A stretch of 64,000 nucleotides of DNA from Eledone cirrhosa. Lineage: Eukaryota. The stretch is taken from contig OZ024743.1 of NCBI GenBank assembly GCA_964016885.1, positions 304,420,001 to 304,484,000 on the forward strand, written 5' to 3'. Shown one piece after another: positions 40,536-53,429 of this stretch; the stretch's first letter is position 1, and each line of letters begins with the position of its first letter. The translations under genes and the position numbers were made by a program. The notes below the pieces were generated by a model. It did no database searches. It had not been told where the DNA came from and saw only the letters and a program-made list of their open reading frames with translations.

Positions 40536-41103
40536 TTGTTGTTGTTGTTGTTGTTGTCGTTGTTGTTGTTGTTATTGTTGTTATTGATGTTATCGCTGTT
40601 GTTGTTGCTATTGATGTTGTCTTTGTTGTTGTGGTCTTTCTATAAATTTATTTTACGGACAACTTTCAATTTATTGATTCACTTTTGACAATGGATATTA
40701 CAATATTTCCCCCAGAAATGCTGCAATAGGATAGTTTCCAGTTAACTGTCACAACAAACTAGTTTTAGCTTTCCATCAGAGAAATATGATGATGAGGAGG
40801 AGAACGTGAAGAAATAACACAAATATTCAATTTGAGATCTCATTTCACTTGGTTTGTAAAAAGGAATGATTTAACAGACACTTTAATGTCTTAGTGCCTT
40901 TGCTTGTTTCTTCTTCATGCTTGATGAATCAGAAAAGAACATACGACTTTAAGAGAAAGCAGAATCATGTTCTCTCTTTGCAATCAATAACGACTGTTGA
41001 TGTTATTCATTGTCAGGTTTCATCTGTGCGATATGTCAGATGTAAATCTGAACATTCTATTAATATATTTTTCTTCTTTTTTTTGTTATTATTATTATTA
41101 TTA

Positions 41104-41142
<39 letters not shown>

Positions 41143-41154
41143 GTTATTGTTATT

Positions 41155-44100
41155 CCTTGAATCTCAGTCATTGATGTTGGTTAACTGGAAAGTCCGTTGG
41201 ATTGAATATCAAGCCACTACCTGCAGCCTCAGATATTCAGGACGTATCGGAGGGTTCTTGCCGTTCCAAGCAAGCATGCCTTTTGAAGCGTTCCAAAAAG
41301 CGTGAAGGGGCCGATTTTCTTTAACCATCCCTGGAAACCTTTGGAGATAGTCCCCAGTGCGCCTATGACAATCGGGATCACTTTGACTTCATGGCAGTTC
41401 CAAATCCTTTTCACCTCCCACTTTAGGTCCTGGTATCGGTTAATTTTCTCCCTCTCCTTCTCTTGCACTCTCGTGTCGAACGGGCAGGCCACATCCACAA
41501 TCAGGCACGATCTTTTTTCTTTGTCCACAACCACCAGGTCAGGTCTATTGTGTTCCAGTTTTTTGTCCGTCTGTATCCTAAAATCCCACAGCACCTTCAC
41601 CTGACTGTTCTCCATCACCGCCTCTGGCCTATGCTCATACCATTTCTCAGAATGTGGTAGATTGTTTACTTTGCACAGGTGCCAGTGGATCACCCTGCCC
41701 ATCACATCGCGTCTCCAGCCCTTATAGTGGGTCTGGGCTAGGTGTTTACACTCGGACACAATGTGAGCCACAGTCTCCTCTCTCTCTCCACAGATCCTGC
41801 ACAGTGGGCTAGCCTCCTCCTTGTAGATATGGTGCTTCAACCACTTCGTTTTGAGGGCCTGCTCCTGCGCAGCCATTAGCATTCCTTCTGTAGCCTTTTT
41901 GAGGTCTCCTCTTCTCAACCAGTTCCATGTCTGTGGATCTCTAAATTCAGTTTTCTCAAAGAAGGTACTATGAAGGGATTTTCCCTTAAGGCTGCTCTTC
42001 CTCCTTGATGTTATTTCCTCCTTGGATATCCCCTGGCCTACTGTCCCCTCCTTCAGTACAGCTCTGAGCATTGGCTCCTTACTATAGGTCACGTATTTGT
42101 ATAGGTTGTTTTTCTCCATCTGAACACAGTCCTCTATGCTGATAAGACCTCTTCCACCCTCAGATCTCCTTAGGTAGAGTCTATCGACATCACTCCTCTT
42201 GTGGAACATGTTGTAGATAGTCAATAGCTTCCTAGTCTTCCTATCCATTTCTTTTTGTTCAGCAACATTCCATCTCAGAATTCCCGCACTGTACCTAATA
42301 ATAGACACAGCTCGGGAATTTACTGCGCTTATGGCATTTCTGCTGTTCAGATGTGACTTCAATACGCTCCTTACTCTCCGAATGTATTCAGTTCTTAACA
42401 ATTCCTTCATTTTTTTGTTCTTTATGCCATCAGCCTCCAGAACGCCCAAATACGTGTATCCTTCCTCAGAGTCAATTTCCTTTATCATCTCACCTGTTGA
42501 TATCTGGATCCCGTTACTTCTGCTCAACCTACCCCTCCTCATCACAATGACTCCACATTTACCAATACCAAACTGCATACATATATCACTGCTGAAAATA
42601 CGGACAGTGTCAACAAGCACATCCAACTCCTTCTCACTTTTCCCGAAGAGCTTAAGATCGTCCATGAAGTGGAGGTGATTGATGGTAAGCTCTCCCCTTC
42701 CCAACTTGTATCCTGCTCTCACTTTTCGCAGCATAATGGTCAAGGGCATCAGAGCAAGGACAAACAACAGAGGGGACAGGCTATCTCCCTGGAAGATACC
42801 TCTCTTGATCTTCACGCTTCCCAAGGATACTCCAGTTGATGTCAACTCTGTCTCCCAGGACCCCATACTCCTGCCCAGCAACTGTCTGATGTTATCTGCC
42901 ACCCTGAAGATCTCCAGGCTTTTGGTGATCCAGGAATGAGGCACCATGTCAAATGCCTTTCTGTAGTCTATCCATCCCATGGCAAGATCAGTGTGTCTCC
43001 TCCTGCAATTCCCCATTACCATCTTATCAATAAGCAACTGGTCCTTTGTACCACGTGACTTCTTTCGGCATCCTTTCTGTTCGTCCGGCAACAAGTTGTT
43101 TGTGTGGAGGTGATGGTAGATTTCCTCAGACACAATGCTCGTCAACAGTTTCCACATTACGGGCAGACATGTGATAGGTCTATAGTTGGTAACATCATTA
43201 CCCTTGATTCGGTCTTTCATTATCAGAACTGTGGTACCTTTTGTCAACCACTCTGGCACCTCACCCGACACCAAGCAGTCATTGAACATGGCCGTCAGCT
43301 TCGGGTGGAGGGATGTTAAATGTTTAATCCAATACCCCTGCACACCATCTGGGCCTGGTGATTTCCAGTTGGTTAGTTTTTTGGCTTGCCCCTTAAGAGT
43401 TTCAACTGTGATACTCAAATCAGTCTGTTGCTGTGCCTGCTCACCGATCTCCCTCTGTACTGTCTCAATCCACCCTGCCTGGGCATTGTGTCTAACATCC
43501 TGCTCCCATATTCCTCTCCAGAATGTTTTAGCTTGTTCCGCCCCAGGGATCAAGTCGTTGCCTCTTTCTTTCCCCTCAAGCTGTCCAAACAGCATCTTCT
43601 GGTTGTTGTCGAACATGCGGTTCTGTTTATACTGACTGACTCTGTTCTCGTATCGCCTGATTTTGGCACTCTTTGCTACAATGCGTTGCTTCAATTCCTC
43701 TATGATAATATTTAGCTTTTTACTCCTAGTTTTGTATTTTATTTCCAGTCTATTTTTAGTGCCTATGTTTTTTAGTGTCCCATTCAGTAGTGACTCAAGC
43801 TTTCCTATGTCATTTCTCATTTCCCCGATTTGCCCACTCAGTCGCTTCTTCCACCACGGCTCTGCTCTTTCTTGTCTGTTGTTTCCTCTCGCTTTTATAC
43901 CAAGTAGTTTCCTCACCGTATTTGCTGTTGCTTTGAGGATATTGTTGCACTGGTGAAGACTCCTCGCCTCAAGGTATGGGATGACTTTGTTTACCTTAGC
44001 TGTTGTTTCTTTTAACTTTTTCCTGTCTACAAATCTTAGGTTCATAGGTCTCCCACTATCATTGTTCAACTCATCTACCACTAAATTTAGGATGTCAACC

Positions 44101-45536
44101 GAATCTTGTCCTAGCCCGTCAGCATTCATCTCCTCAGTGGCCGTATCTCTGTTCCAGGTATTATTTATCTCAGTATTCAGATCATTGTCTGCTTCGGGTG
44201 GTTCCTCCGTTCTCAGGACCTCCTCACCTTCATTTCCCGCCGGCTCGCTTGTCTGGCATACTACACCCGCCATCTCCAAGCCATTCTCTCTGCTCAGTTC
44301 CTCCAGTTCCAGCTCGCTTATCCACCCATTAGTTCTTATTACCCGAGCCTGCCCGGCCAATTTTTGTTCATCTAATTTAAATAAACCAATCTCGTTCCAG
44401 ATGTTATGCATCCGTCTCCTGTAGCCCCTCTCCTTGGGGTTACTTTTCAGGTAGCATTGCATAACAGTTCTATTCAATTCTTTCGTCCAGTTGGTTCTGG
44501 CCCCTTTCCTTCTTCTTCTTCCTCCAACATCAGCAGTATTTGGTTGACAGTCAGGTTCCTGCTGCTGAGCCAGGGGGCACCTGTTGGGTGAGAGTCTGTC
44601 ACATGACGTTCTAGTCTCCATTTCACCGTTATTCGAACTGTTTATGTTCGATATTTAAACACTCTTATCGAGGATTGGCGAATGTATGTTTACATAGCCA
44701 TCTGTGGAACCGCCATCCCACTTGGCCCTTGTGTGGCATTATCACCACGCTGTATACGGACACACATAAACAAACAAACACACGGGCAGAAAGGGCCCCA
44801 AAAATGAATAAGCATAAGTTTCATTGTAATGTAGTATTCGAATGTCTGACTTAGTTTGTGTTTTTTAAGTTTTACTTTTTCCCCCCTCTTCTCTGTCCGT
44901 CCGCCTGCTTCTCTCTTCATTCTTACTTTCTTTACGTTTTTGGGGTTTCTTTTTTTGTTTTTGTTTTTCTCTGTTTGTTTTTCTCGTTTTTTGCTGTTGT
45001 TGCTGTGCTGCTTTTGTTGTTTGTTTTTTCTTTTTTCTTTTGAGTCTATCTATATATTTTGATGCCTTCCTCTTTGTTAGTAGTAGGAATTCTATAATGT
45101 GGAAGTGGCAGCCAGCAGAGACTGGCGGCGTTGGCGATACTGAGACAGTGGTGGTGGTGATGTCGATACCGAGGCAGTGGTGGCGGTGATGCGACCGTAT
45201 TACTGTAGTGATGGTGCTGTAGCGGTGGCAGCAGCAGTGAAGGAGTCAAGGGGTGGTGGCGGCGGTGATGGGATAGTGGTGGTAATGATGGCCGTAGTGA
45301 GCGGTGGCGGTGAAGGTGAAAATGCTGTTGTGTTTAGTGTACACAGATGATGGGGTGGGTGGTGTATCTAGTTTCTGGTGTTGGTGAGTTTAGCTGTCCT
45401 ATATAGTGTAGCCAGAGGAGAGGAGGGGGGTTCTTCTTCTTCCATTTATAGCCATTTTTTTTTGGATATACAGTGTACAATACAAAGTTGAATATTTGAA
45501 TATTTGAGCCTTATAACAATATATTTTGGGTCCGTA

Positions 45537-45537
<1 letters not shown>
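41155..45537 (-). mobile_element. R4/Dong-clade non-LTR retrotransposon in (TAA)n; 5' boundary uncertain
   Basis: Single RT+RLE ORF; 74-nt 3' UTR running into (ATT)n at 41085-41154; another (ATT)n tract at 45538. Confidence 0.85.
41229..44621 (-). CDS. Reverse transcriptase + CCHC knuckle + restriction-like endonuclease (R4/Dong type), 1130 aa
   Basis: KSPGPDG, YRPITCL, WIDYRKAFD, GIFQGDSLSP, HLHFMDD, YLG, GGRGL, CRICGEREETVAHIVSEC, RPDLVVVD..IVDVACPFD, KINRY. Confidence 0.96.
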   Translation of the reverse strand: METRTSCDRLSPNRCPLAQQQEPDCQPNTADVGGRRRRKGARTNWTKELNRTVMQCYLKSNPKERGYRRRMHNIWNEIGLFKLDEQKLAGQARVIRTNGWISELELEELSRENGLEMAGVVCQTSEPAGNEGEEVLRTEEPPEADNDLNTEINNTWNRDTATEEMNADGLGQDSVDILNLVVDELNNDSGRPMNLRFVDRKKLKETTAKVNKVIPYLEARSLHQCNNILKATANTVRKLLGIKARGNNRQERAEPWWKKRLSGQIGEMRNDIGKLESLLNGTLKNIGTKNRLEIKYKTRSKKLNIIIEELKQRIVAKSAKIRRYENRVSQYKQNRMFDNNQKMLFGQLEGKERGNDLIPGAEQAKTFWRGIWEQDVRHNAQAGWIETVQREIGEQAQQQTDLSITVETLKGQAKKLTNWKSPGPDGVQGYWIKHLTSLHPKLTAMFNDCLVSGEVPEWLTKGTTVLIMKDRIKGNDVTNYRPITCLPVMWKLLTSIVSEEIYHHLHTNNLLPDEQKGCRKKSRGTKDQLLIDKMVMGNCRRRHTDLAMGWIDYRKAFDMVPHSWITKSLEIFRVADNIRQLLGRSMGSWETELTSTGVSLGSVKIKRGIFQGDSLSPLLFVLALMPLTIMLRKVRAGYKLGRGELTINHLHFMDDLKLFGKSEKELDVLVDTVRIFSSDICMQFGIGKCGVIVMRRGRLSRSNGIQISTGEMIKEIDSEEGYTYLGVLEADGIKNKKMKELLRTEYIRRVRSVLKSHLNSRNAISAVNSRAVSIIRYSAGILRWNVAEQKEMDRKTRKLLTIYNMFHKRSDVDRLYLRRSEGGRGLISIEDCVQMEKNNLYKYVTYSKEPMLRAVLKEGTVGQGISKEEITSRRKSSLKGKSLHSTFFEKTEFRDPQTWNWLRRGDLKKATEGMLMAAQEQALKTKWLKHHIYKEEASPLCRICGEREETVAHIVSECKHLAQTHYKGWRRDVMGRVIHWHLCKVNNLPHSEKWYEHRPEAVMENSQVKVLWDFRIQTDKKLEHNRPDLVVVDKEKRSCLIVDVACPFDTRVQEKEREKINRYQDLKWEVKRIWNCHEVKVIPIVIGALGTISKGFQGWLKKIGPFTLFGTLQKACLLGTARTLRYVLNI

Positions 45538-45579
<42 letters not shown>

Positions 45580-45602
45580 ATGATCGTCACCACCATCATC
45601 AT

Positions 45603-45634
<32 letters not shown>

Positions 45635-47340
45635 ATATCATCATCATCGTTATCGGCGACGTTATCATCAACATAATCATCATCATCATTATCAGCAGAA
45701 ACAGCACCACCACCACAAGCATCGTCTTCATCATCATCATCATCAGCAGCAGCAGCATCGTCGTCGTCTTCGTCAACAAATGTTTTCCCATTACAATCAT
45801 ATATTTTCTGAAAGAATGAACAAGGTTTTTCAAGGGATACTCTTCGGTAAACATCCGTGTTCCTGTGGAGTGAGAGTTGTATTTTGTGGAGATGGTATGT
45901 GTGTATCTGTCATTTGCATTGTCATTGGGATTATACTTTGCTTTGTAATGTTAATGCTGCACTTGTTTATTTAAAAAAACACCTTTATCGTATAATAAGA
46001 GGTGATTATTTAATATACGTTCTGCGAGAATGATTCTTCTGAATTAAAAGTACCTCACGCATATGAGCTTTACTTGTTGCTTTTGGTGAGGTTTTGTCTT
46101 GAAAAACTGTTTGAGACCATTGTTTATACAATCCCAGAGAAAAGGACGAGACTGGTGTGGCTACCCCTCCTCTTCAGCAAGTGGTAGTTGATGGTTCGGG
46201 GAGAAATATGTACAAAGACGGAATTCCAGAGAACTGAGTTTGTGTAAAGAAGGAACTGGGTGTAGTACCATTCTCAGAGCACATATTTCTTTTATAATCA
46301 TTGCCACATATGATACTATACAGTCTTTCAAAACAAATATGGTCGCATTAAAATTACAAGGCAAGATACAAGTCCCATGGCAGTGAAAATTGTGCGTAAA
46401 CTAAAGCACCTTCCAAATCTTCTCAAAGGTAAAATGTAACACCCCGACGAACAGCACACACCAGCGTTTTTAACGCTACTGAAAATACCTCTGTACCGTG
46501 GAACTGCTGGGCTGGGCATTTGCCATTACCACTTTTAAACTCCTAATTCATCAAACACCCCTACAATCCTCAGCCATATTCTATCTACCTCACACCTCCC
46601 ACTAAGTCCTTTCTTTACATATCGTCAACACTTCCGAGGAAGCAGACGCCATTCTATATATTTCACGTTCATACATAACAGCTATCTTATTTCCATTTCG
46701 AGTAACTTGTCTTCATAGCTTTCCGACTTCATTCCGGTCGATATTGTATTCGAAAGAGATCACGATATCCATTAAATTCTATAGGTTTACTAGTGTGCCT
46801 TTTATTTTGTCATCTGCGCAGTGCACTTTGATGTCATTGTCTGTCTAGACCCGTATATACTTGATTATTGTCGCCATATATCTGTCACATATTGCATTCA
46901 ATGTATTGTTATATATTTTCAGTATTCACGAGGAAACACCAGCATCTAGCAAAGTAGCTATTGCAATCTACTCTGTTATGTTGTATATTCGAGGAGAAAG
47001 TAGCCGGAAACGATGAATTGTTTGTTTCATATATTCACTTCATACTCGATACGTAGTTGACATTCTTTTGTTTCGTCAGAATATAATTTTATTTAGTTAT
47101 TACTTTTTTCTTATTAATCATGTGTGTCTAGCCAATGATCCTACGTCTCTACACACTAATTTTGCTTTTAGTCCAGTGCTTGCTTTAGTGTCATTGTTGC
47201 CTCTAATACTAGCTTACACTCAATTTCACGAGATTTCCAGTATGACCATATGACCTTTTTATCGATACTTTCTCCAGATTATATGTTTTCCGTTACCTTT
47301 TGTGATTTGTTTTATCTTTGGAAATAGTACCTCATTATTT

Positions 47341-47448
<108 letters not shown>

Positions 47449-47618
47449 ATATATAACTACAATTTAGCTTCAGGCATACTTGTATTCAGATATGTTTGGG
47501 AATTTCATATTTCAGAAGAAATACGGTATGTTTAAAATAAACTTTTGGTGAGCGTAGCTATGCCAAAACACCAGTGACTAACGCCGCCTGGCGGTGTCCA
47601 GTAGAAGCAGGGGACACA

Positions 47619-47664
47619 ATCGTGGAAGCGCATTTCGAACTGAACTGGTTCTCATCAGCACGAT
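47619..47664 (-). ncRNA. Compact type I hammerhead, intact core
   Basis: Reverse complement: atcgtg-CTGATGA-gaac(cagttca)gttc-GAAA-tgcgct-TC-cacgat; 6-bp stem I. Confidence 0.75.
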
Positions 47665-47760
47665 CCCTCCAACTCTTCCAACTGCTAGACTTTGAAAACA
47701 GACCAGATTATATGTGTAAATGATGTGATTAATCTCAATTGCATATAAAGCTGTATAAGT

Positions 47761-47840
<80 letters not shown>

Positions 47841-47912
47841 TGATGGTAGCTAAAATGCTTCCATAGGTGGTATGCCGGTTGAGCACTCCATGTTATTACA
47901 GAGCAGAGTATG

Positions 47913-48128
47913 ATATAATATAAAACGAAAAATCAGTAATGCATCTGAACTCAATTTATTGTGAGAGAATTTGCTCCGAAATCATTAGACGTGTCCGTCG
48001 AACCTGCGGATCCAGAATCAGACAGATCCACACAATGATCGTGTCTCGAACTGTCCGCCGGCGAAACAATTGTAACACACAATAAATTGAGTTCAGATAC
48101 ATCACTGATTTTTCGTTTTATATTATAT
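47913..48128. repeat. 51-bp inverted arms around a degenerate long-stem-II hammerhead
   Basis: Arms 47913-47963 and 48078-48128; gtgt-CCGTCGA..gcgga..tccgc..GAAAcaattGTA-acac. Confidence 0.7.
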
Positions 48129-48840
48129 ATATATATATATATTAGTTTGTTTCGTAGCTGTAATTAGTTCATAGTTTGTATTATTGTAGTAACCATTCTA
48201 TGTTGACTTGTTTGTAAGTAGTCATTAGGGCTTCAGTTATTACTTTCTAATTATTCTCTATTTATATTAGATGTTTATATTCTGTCAATAACAGCTTTAA
48301 AAGAGAGGAATATATGGTGCCTTGTTCTAACAGTATTCAACATCACGATATTTGTTAGCTCTACACATACTGGACTATTTATTGCGATATAACTGCGTGA
48401 TAGTACCAATGCTATTCATTTTATTTTCTTACCATAAATTTATCTTATACACGGCAATTTCTTTGAGTAAATATGGTATGCGAAGGCCAGCCTCAAAATC
48501 TATCTCCCTACATGGCTGTCCTTAAATTATATATTATATATTGTGCGCACTTTGGCGGTCTCCTAAGTATTGGCAAGCAACTGAACAAATATATCAAAAT
48601 GCCTTCGAAATGAATAAATGCAACAAACATACTATCGTATCTGACAGATGATTTGAAATTCCACGAAGAGGATGAAATATGGGAGCTAGACATTTCCCCT
48701 TTCCATAAGTAGTGGAATAGATATATCAGTAAACTTTGTTTGAAAGTTGTACGGATAGAAAATGTTTATTTGGACAGATTCGAAAATATTTACAATTTCA
48801 CTGGCAGAAATAATATCCATGCTCCTAAAATATATATAAT

Positions 48841-49022
48841 TGTTTCTACTTTAGGCACAAGGCCAGCAATTACCCAGTGCATTACTGGTACTTTATTTTA
48901 TCGACCCCGTAAGGATGAAAGGCAAAGTCAACCTCGGCGGGATTTGAACTCAGATCGTAAAGGGACGTAACTATGCTGGAAAACATGGCGTCCGACCTTC
49001 CACCGATACTGCCAATCCACCG
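48841..49022 (-). mobile_element. tRNA-derived SINE, 14-bp TSD
   Basis: TSD aaaatatatataat at 48827-48840 and 49023-49036. Confidence 0.92.
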
Positions 49023-49118
49023 AAAATATATATAATGACAGCAATAACATAGAGAGAGAGAGAGAGAAACATACATACACACACATTCACACACACCCAC
49101 ACATGTAAGCACACAAAT

Positions 49119-49149
<31 letters not shown>

Positions 49150-49544
49150 CTATATAATTTTGTATTATATTATATTATATTATATATTATATTATATGCA
49201 GTCATACGAAGAGTTATGGTATTGTAACTGGTAAATCTGGAAGTATCCCGAGGTAAGCTGATATTGAGAGAACATCGATTGAAATATATCAGTTCCCCTG
49301 TCTCTTCACACCGAATTCTCCTGAGAGCCAGGGCGCATAAAAATCATATCCCGAAGACCATCTGAAGAGACCAGATTGATACTATGGAACTAATACACTG
49401 CATAGTCGTCAAACCCATCTAAACATTTGTAATGGAAAACTTCCGATAAATTGTTGTAAAAACCTATTTTGATTACTTATTCGTCACTATATATATATAT
49501 ATATGTGTGTGTGTACGTGTGTGTACGTGTGTGTACGTGTGTGT

Positions 49545-49622
<78 letters not shown>

Positions 49623-52086
49623 ACGTGTGTGTGTGTAAGTGTGTGGGTGTATGTGTACGTGTGTGTGTGTGTATGTAACTGTTTATAAGTATATAGTTTT
49701 AATGTTCCCCTTTATTGTTCCAAACCACAAAATGTCCTATAAGTGCCTTTGTTATAAACGATAGTACAAAATATAATCGAATATGACTACAGTAACATTC
49801 TGACAATTAACTGAATAAGATTTCTAATATAACTAAAATCTAAATCGTACCACAGTACGTGCGAAATGAAGGTCGTATATAGAAATAAATGTTAAAACTC
49901 TAACTTCAAAGAAAACCTTTCTCCCCAATGATAGGATACAAGAAACGGCATACCCATATAAATATGCGTGGACATTTAGAATGATACTAATGGAAGGAAT
50001 ATCTAAAGTACCCATAAATTGTGCAGTAAATATAATAGCAGGATATTTAATGTATGTATTTAAGTTGAACGAATCTAATCTAGAATTAGTTGAATTAATA
50101 TTTCAATGAATTCGCATGGACATGGTATATTCAGTGAACAAGTAGATAATGAAATATTAGTAATGGCAAATGACAATAGATGTAGATCATTTAAGAGCAG
50201 AAAATAGTGTTATTTAGAAAGGATTGTTATACCTTGTAGTTACAATCTTTGTCATCTGCAAGAATATAAATGACATTAACAAGAAATCATATGTATTTTT
50301 ATATTAACAGGATAAAAACACACCGTTCAATGTTAGAGAAATCACGTTTTGTGCAAGAGCTCAGAACAATTAGATACAAAGTTCAGTGCTAGAGGAAAAA
50401 TAAAATATATGAAAAGGAGTAATAGATAGAAGTAAAACGAAAAATGCTAGACAGAAAATTAGATGGTAAACAGTATGTGCCATCAAAAGTGTTTAAAGTA
50501 ATATAAAGTAACTAAACAAAAGGAAACCTATAGCGATTTGTATTTAACAACATAAAAAATTCCATGCAAACGGAAACATCAGGACCAATACGTTCCCTAC
50601 CATTTGTGATGGTGGGGAACTTATTATCTTATTCTCTTCTAAACTACCTAAGTCAGATCCCCTTAGCTGTTGTTTTACACTAAAATATTCTCTTTACAAT
50701 CCTAACCATTGACTATTATCATCTTTTTAGAACTCTTCTATAAAGAAAAATAATGAACAACCATTATAAAATGGCCAGACTGATGAATTAACTACAACTG
50801 AAAACTATGATGAAGTTTGATGAATAACGAGGAAAGCAAATACCTGTGACAATAATAAAGATGTTAGTAATAATAATTAACATGTTCATTATTCCCCTGA
50901 AGAATATGTTAAATATGATATTGGTGATGGTGTGAAAGCAAAGATTAGGGTAGGGAGCAGAAAAGGATGATGAGGAAGCTCCTGGTGATGATGATGACAA
51001 CAACGACAGTGAATTAAGTAAAATGTCCTTTCCCTGTGTATTTTCATCACTACAGTGATGAAAACTGCTACCGTAGTTCATCAATTAATACCAACGATAT
51101 ACGTCTAGCAAATTGAGCAGCAACCGTCGATGACAATAAAATAATATAAAGATACGTAATACTTGAGTCAAAAAGCAAAATAAAATCTGACAATATGACA
51201 GCAACAAAGACTGTGGGCAATCGCCAGAAATAACCAAATGTAATAACAATCACGGGAATACACGTTACGAAATTCAACATTCGTTATGAGGAATACTAGC
51301 GAGAAAAGATTGTTGAGGAAACAAAAATTGAAATAAAAATAAATGACGTAAACACTACTGTCATATGGTGGAAAATGGAACAAACAGATCTAGAAAGGAA
51401 GCTTAAAAAGTCTGAATGAAGAAGAAAAATAAGACAAAATAAGGAAACAAAATACAATTTTAATATAGCTAATGGAAACAAGTTGAGATAAAGTTTCAAA
51501 ACTATATTGTATTTCTGCTCACGAAGGCAATTTCTTGTACCTTACCATATCGTTTGAATATGTAATATGCTTACATGCATATATATGTGTGTGGGTGGGT
51601 GGGGGGGGGGGGGGAGTGTGTATACATATATTAGCACGTATATATGTTTGTAGATTAAATTATATATGCATATATGTGTGTTCTGACTGTATGCAAGTAT
51701 GTATACATGCAGATAAAAGACAGAATTGCGAAAAGAAAAACACGAAAGTAGAGCATCTTCATGTTACAATGATTGAATTTATATAACAATAGACTTAGTG
51801 TCGTATATATATATGTACATAGATAAGACAGACATTAACACACACAAACAGACCGGCACAGACACACAGACACAAACACACACATATGTATGTATATATA
51901 TATACACACACACACATATATGTATATATATATTTATATGTATATATATATAAATATATATATATATATCGTTTCTGAATTTGTTTAGCAAGATTCCATA
52001 TCTGAAATCGTGTGTTGAAACCGATATTGTTATACTTTGGGAGGGTGCGTGTGTTTCTTATTGGCAACATGACCCTCCCAAAGTAT

Positions 52087-52128
<42 letters not shown>

Positions 52129-52155
52129 GTGTACATACATAACGCACACACACAT

Positions 52156-52200
<45 letters not shown>

Positions 52201-52340
52201 CGTGCTTGTATGAGTATGTGTGTATAAACAAAGATATCATTTAATATAACGTATCTTTATTGCGTTACGGCTGTTTCAGTATCAATTCTGCATGCAGCTT
52301 TTACCTCAGGTAAAGCTTTAGAGACAGGTAATAACATAAT

Positions 52341-52689
52341 TGTTTCTATTTTAGGCACAAGGCCAGCAATTACCCAGTACATTACTGGTACTTTATTTTA
52401 TCGACCCCGTAAGGATGAAAGGCAAAGTTAACCTCGGCGGGATTTGAACTCAGATCATAAAGGGACGTAACTCTATGGTAATAACATAATGAACAGGTAA
52501 TAACATAATTGTTTCTACTTTTTGGCACAAGGCCAGCAATTAGCCAGTGTATTACTGGTACTTTATTTTATCGACCCCGTAAGGATGACAGGCAAAGTCA
52601 ACCTCAGCGGGGTTTGAACTCAAATCGTTAAGGGACGTAACTATGCTGGAAAACATGGCGTCCGACCCTCTACCGATACTGCCAATCCA
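52341..52689 (-). mobile_element. Two adjacent SINE copies (52341-52473 truncated; 52510-52689)
   Basis: Family match; flank ggtaataacataat appears three times. Confidence 0.88.
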
Positions 52690-52882
52690 AATGAATGTTT
52701 GCTAGATTCGAAGAGTAATGCTACATTCACAAACTGATAAACAGAATGAAATCAAGTATCTAACTATCCAGCCTAACATGAAATTCTATTGAAATAGATG
52801 TAACACGACAATATGAATATATAACATGTAAGAAATGAGAAACCATGTATATGGCATATACTAATCATTCATACACTAAATG

Positions 52883-53235
52883 TCTTCTTCTTCTTCTTCT
52901 TCTTCTTCTTCTTCTTCTTCTTCTTCTTCTTCTTCTTCTTCTTCTTCTTCTTCTTCTTTTCTTTTTTCTTCTATTTTTCTTCTTCATCTTCTTTTTCTTC
53001 TTTTTCTTCTTCGTCTTCGTCATCTTCTTTTTCTTCTTCTCCTTCTTCGCCCTCTTATTCCTGAGAATGTACTCTGGGCAGAGTCCTCAAGCACTCCTTC
53101 CAGTTGGTCCTGTCAAAAACAACCCTCTCCCATTGATCGTGCTGTATTCGCAAACGAGACCAGCTGAGCTCATCGATGTTATCAGACATCCTTGAGTCTC
53201 CTGCCGCCAATTTTTCCTTAGACATTCTAACCCCA
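52883..53235 (-). mobile_element. 5'-truncated RTE-like LINE 3' end with (GAA)n tail
   Basis: Minus peptide QWERVVFDRTNWKECLRTL matches the RTE C-terminal W...A.DR..WR pattern and precedes long (GAA)n. Confidence 0.55.
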
Positions 53236-53338
53236 TGTGTGTGGATATATGTTAATACCTATATACACACATAAACACGCACACACATACGCACAAAGTA
53301 TATATATATGTGTGTGTTTGAGTGTGCGTGTGTGTTTG

Positions 53339-53374
<36 letters not shown>

Positions 53375-53397
53375 CGTACACACATAAACAACACCCC

Positions 53398-53429
<32 letters not shown>

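Noticed and set aside
41302-44591. Multiple plus-strand ORFs over the R4/Dong element (likewise over the Tx1 and PLE ORFs)
   Set aside because: Antisense shadows of the real reading frames.
44665-44760. Possible HDV-like ribozyme in the R4/Dong 5' UTR
   Set aside because: Only a simple hairpin (ggatggcg/cgccaatcc) could be drawn; no nested pseudoknot was found by eye.
49230-49450. Minus-strand NV*MGLT...LFRWSSGYDFYAPWLSGEFG resembling a C-type lectin exon
   Set aside because: Needs a stop read-through and a frameshift, and lacks clear cysteines and splice context; would need tBLASTx support.
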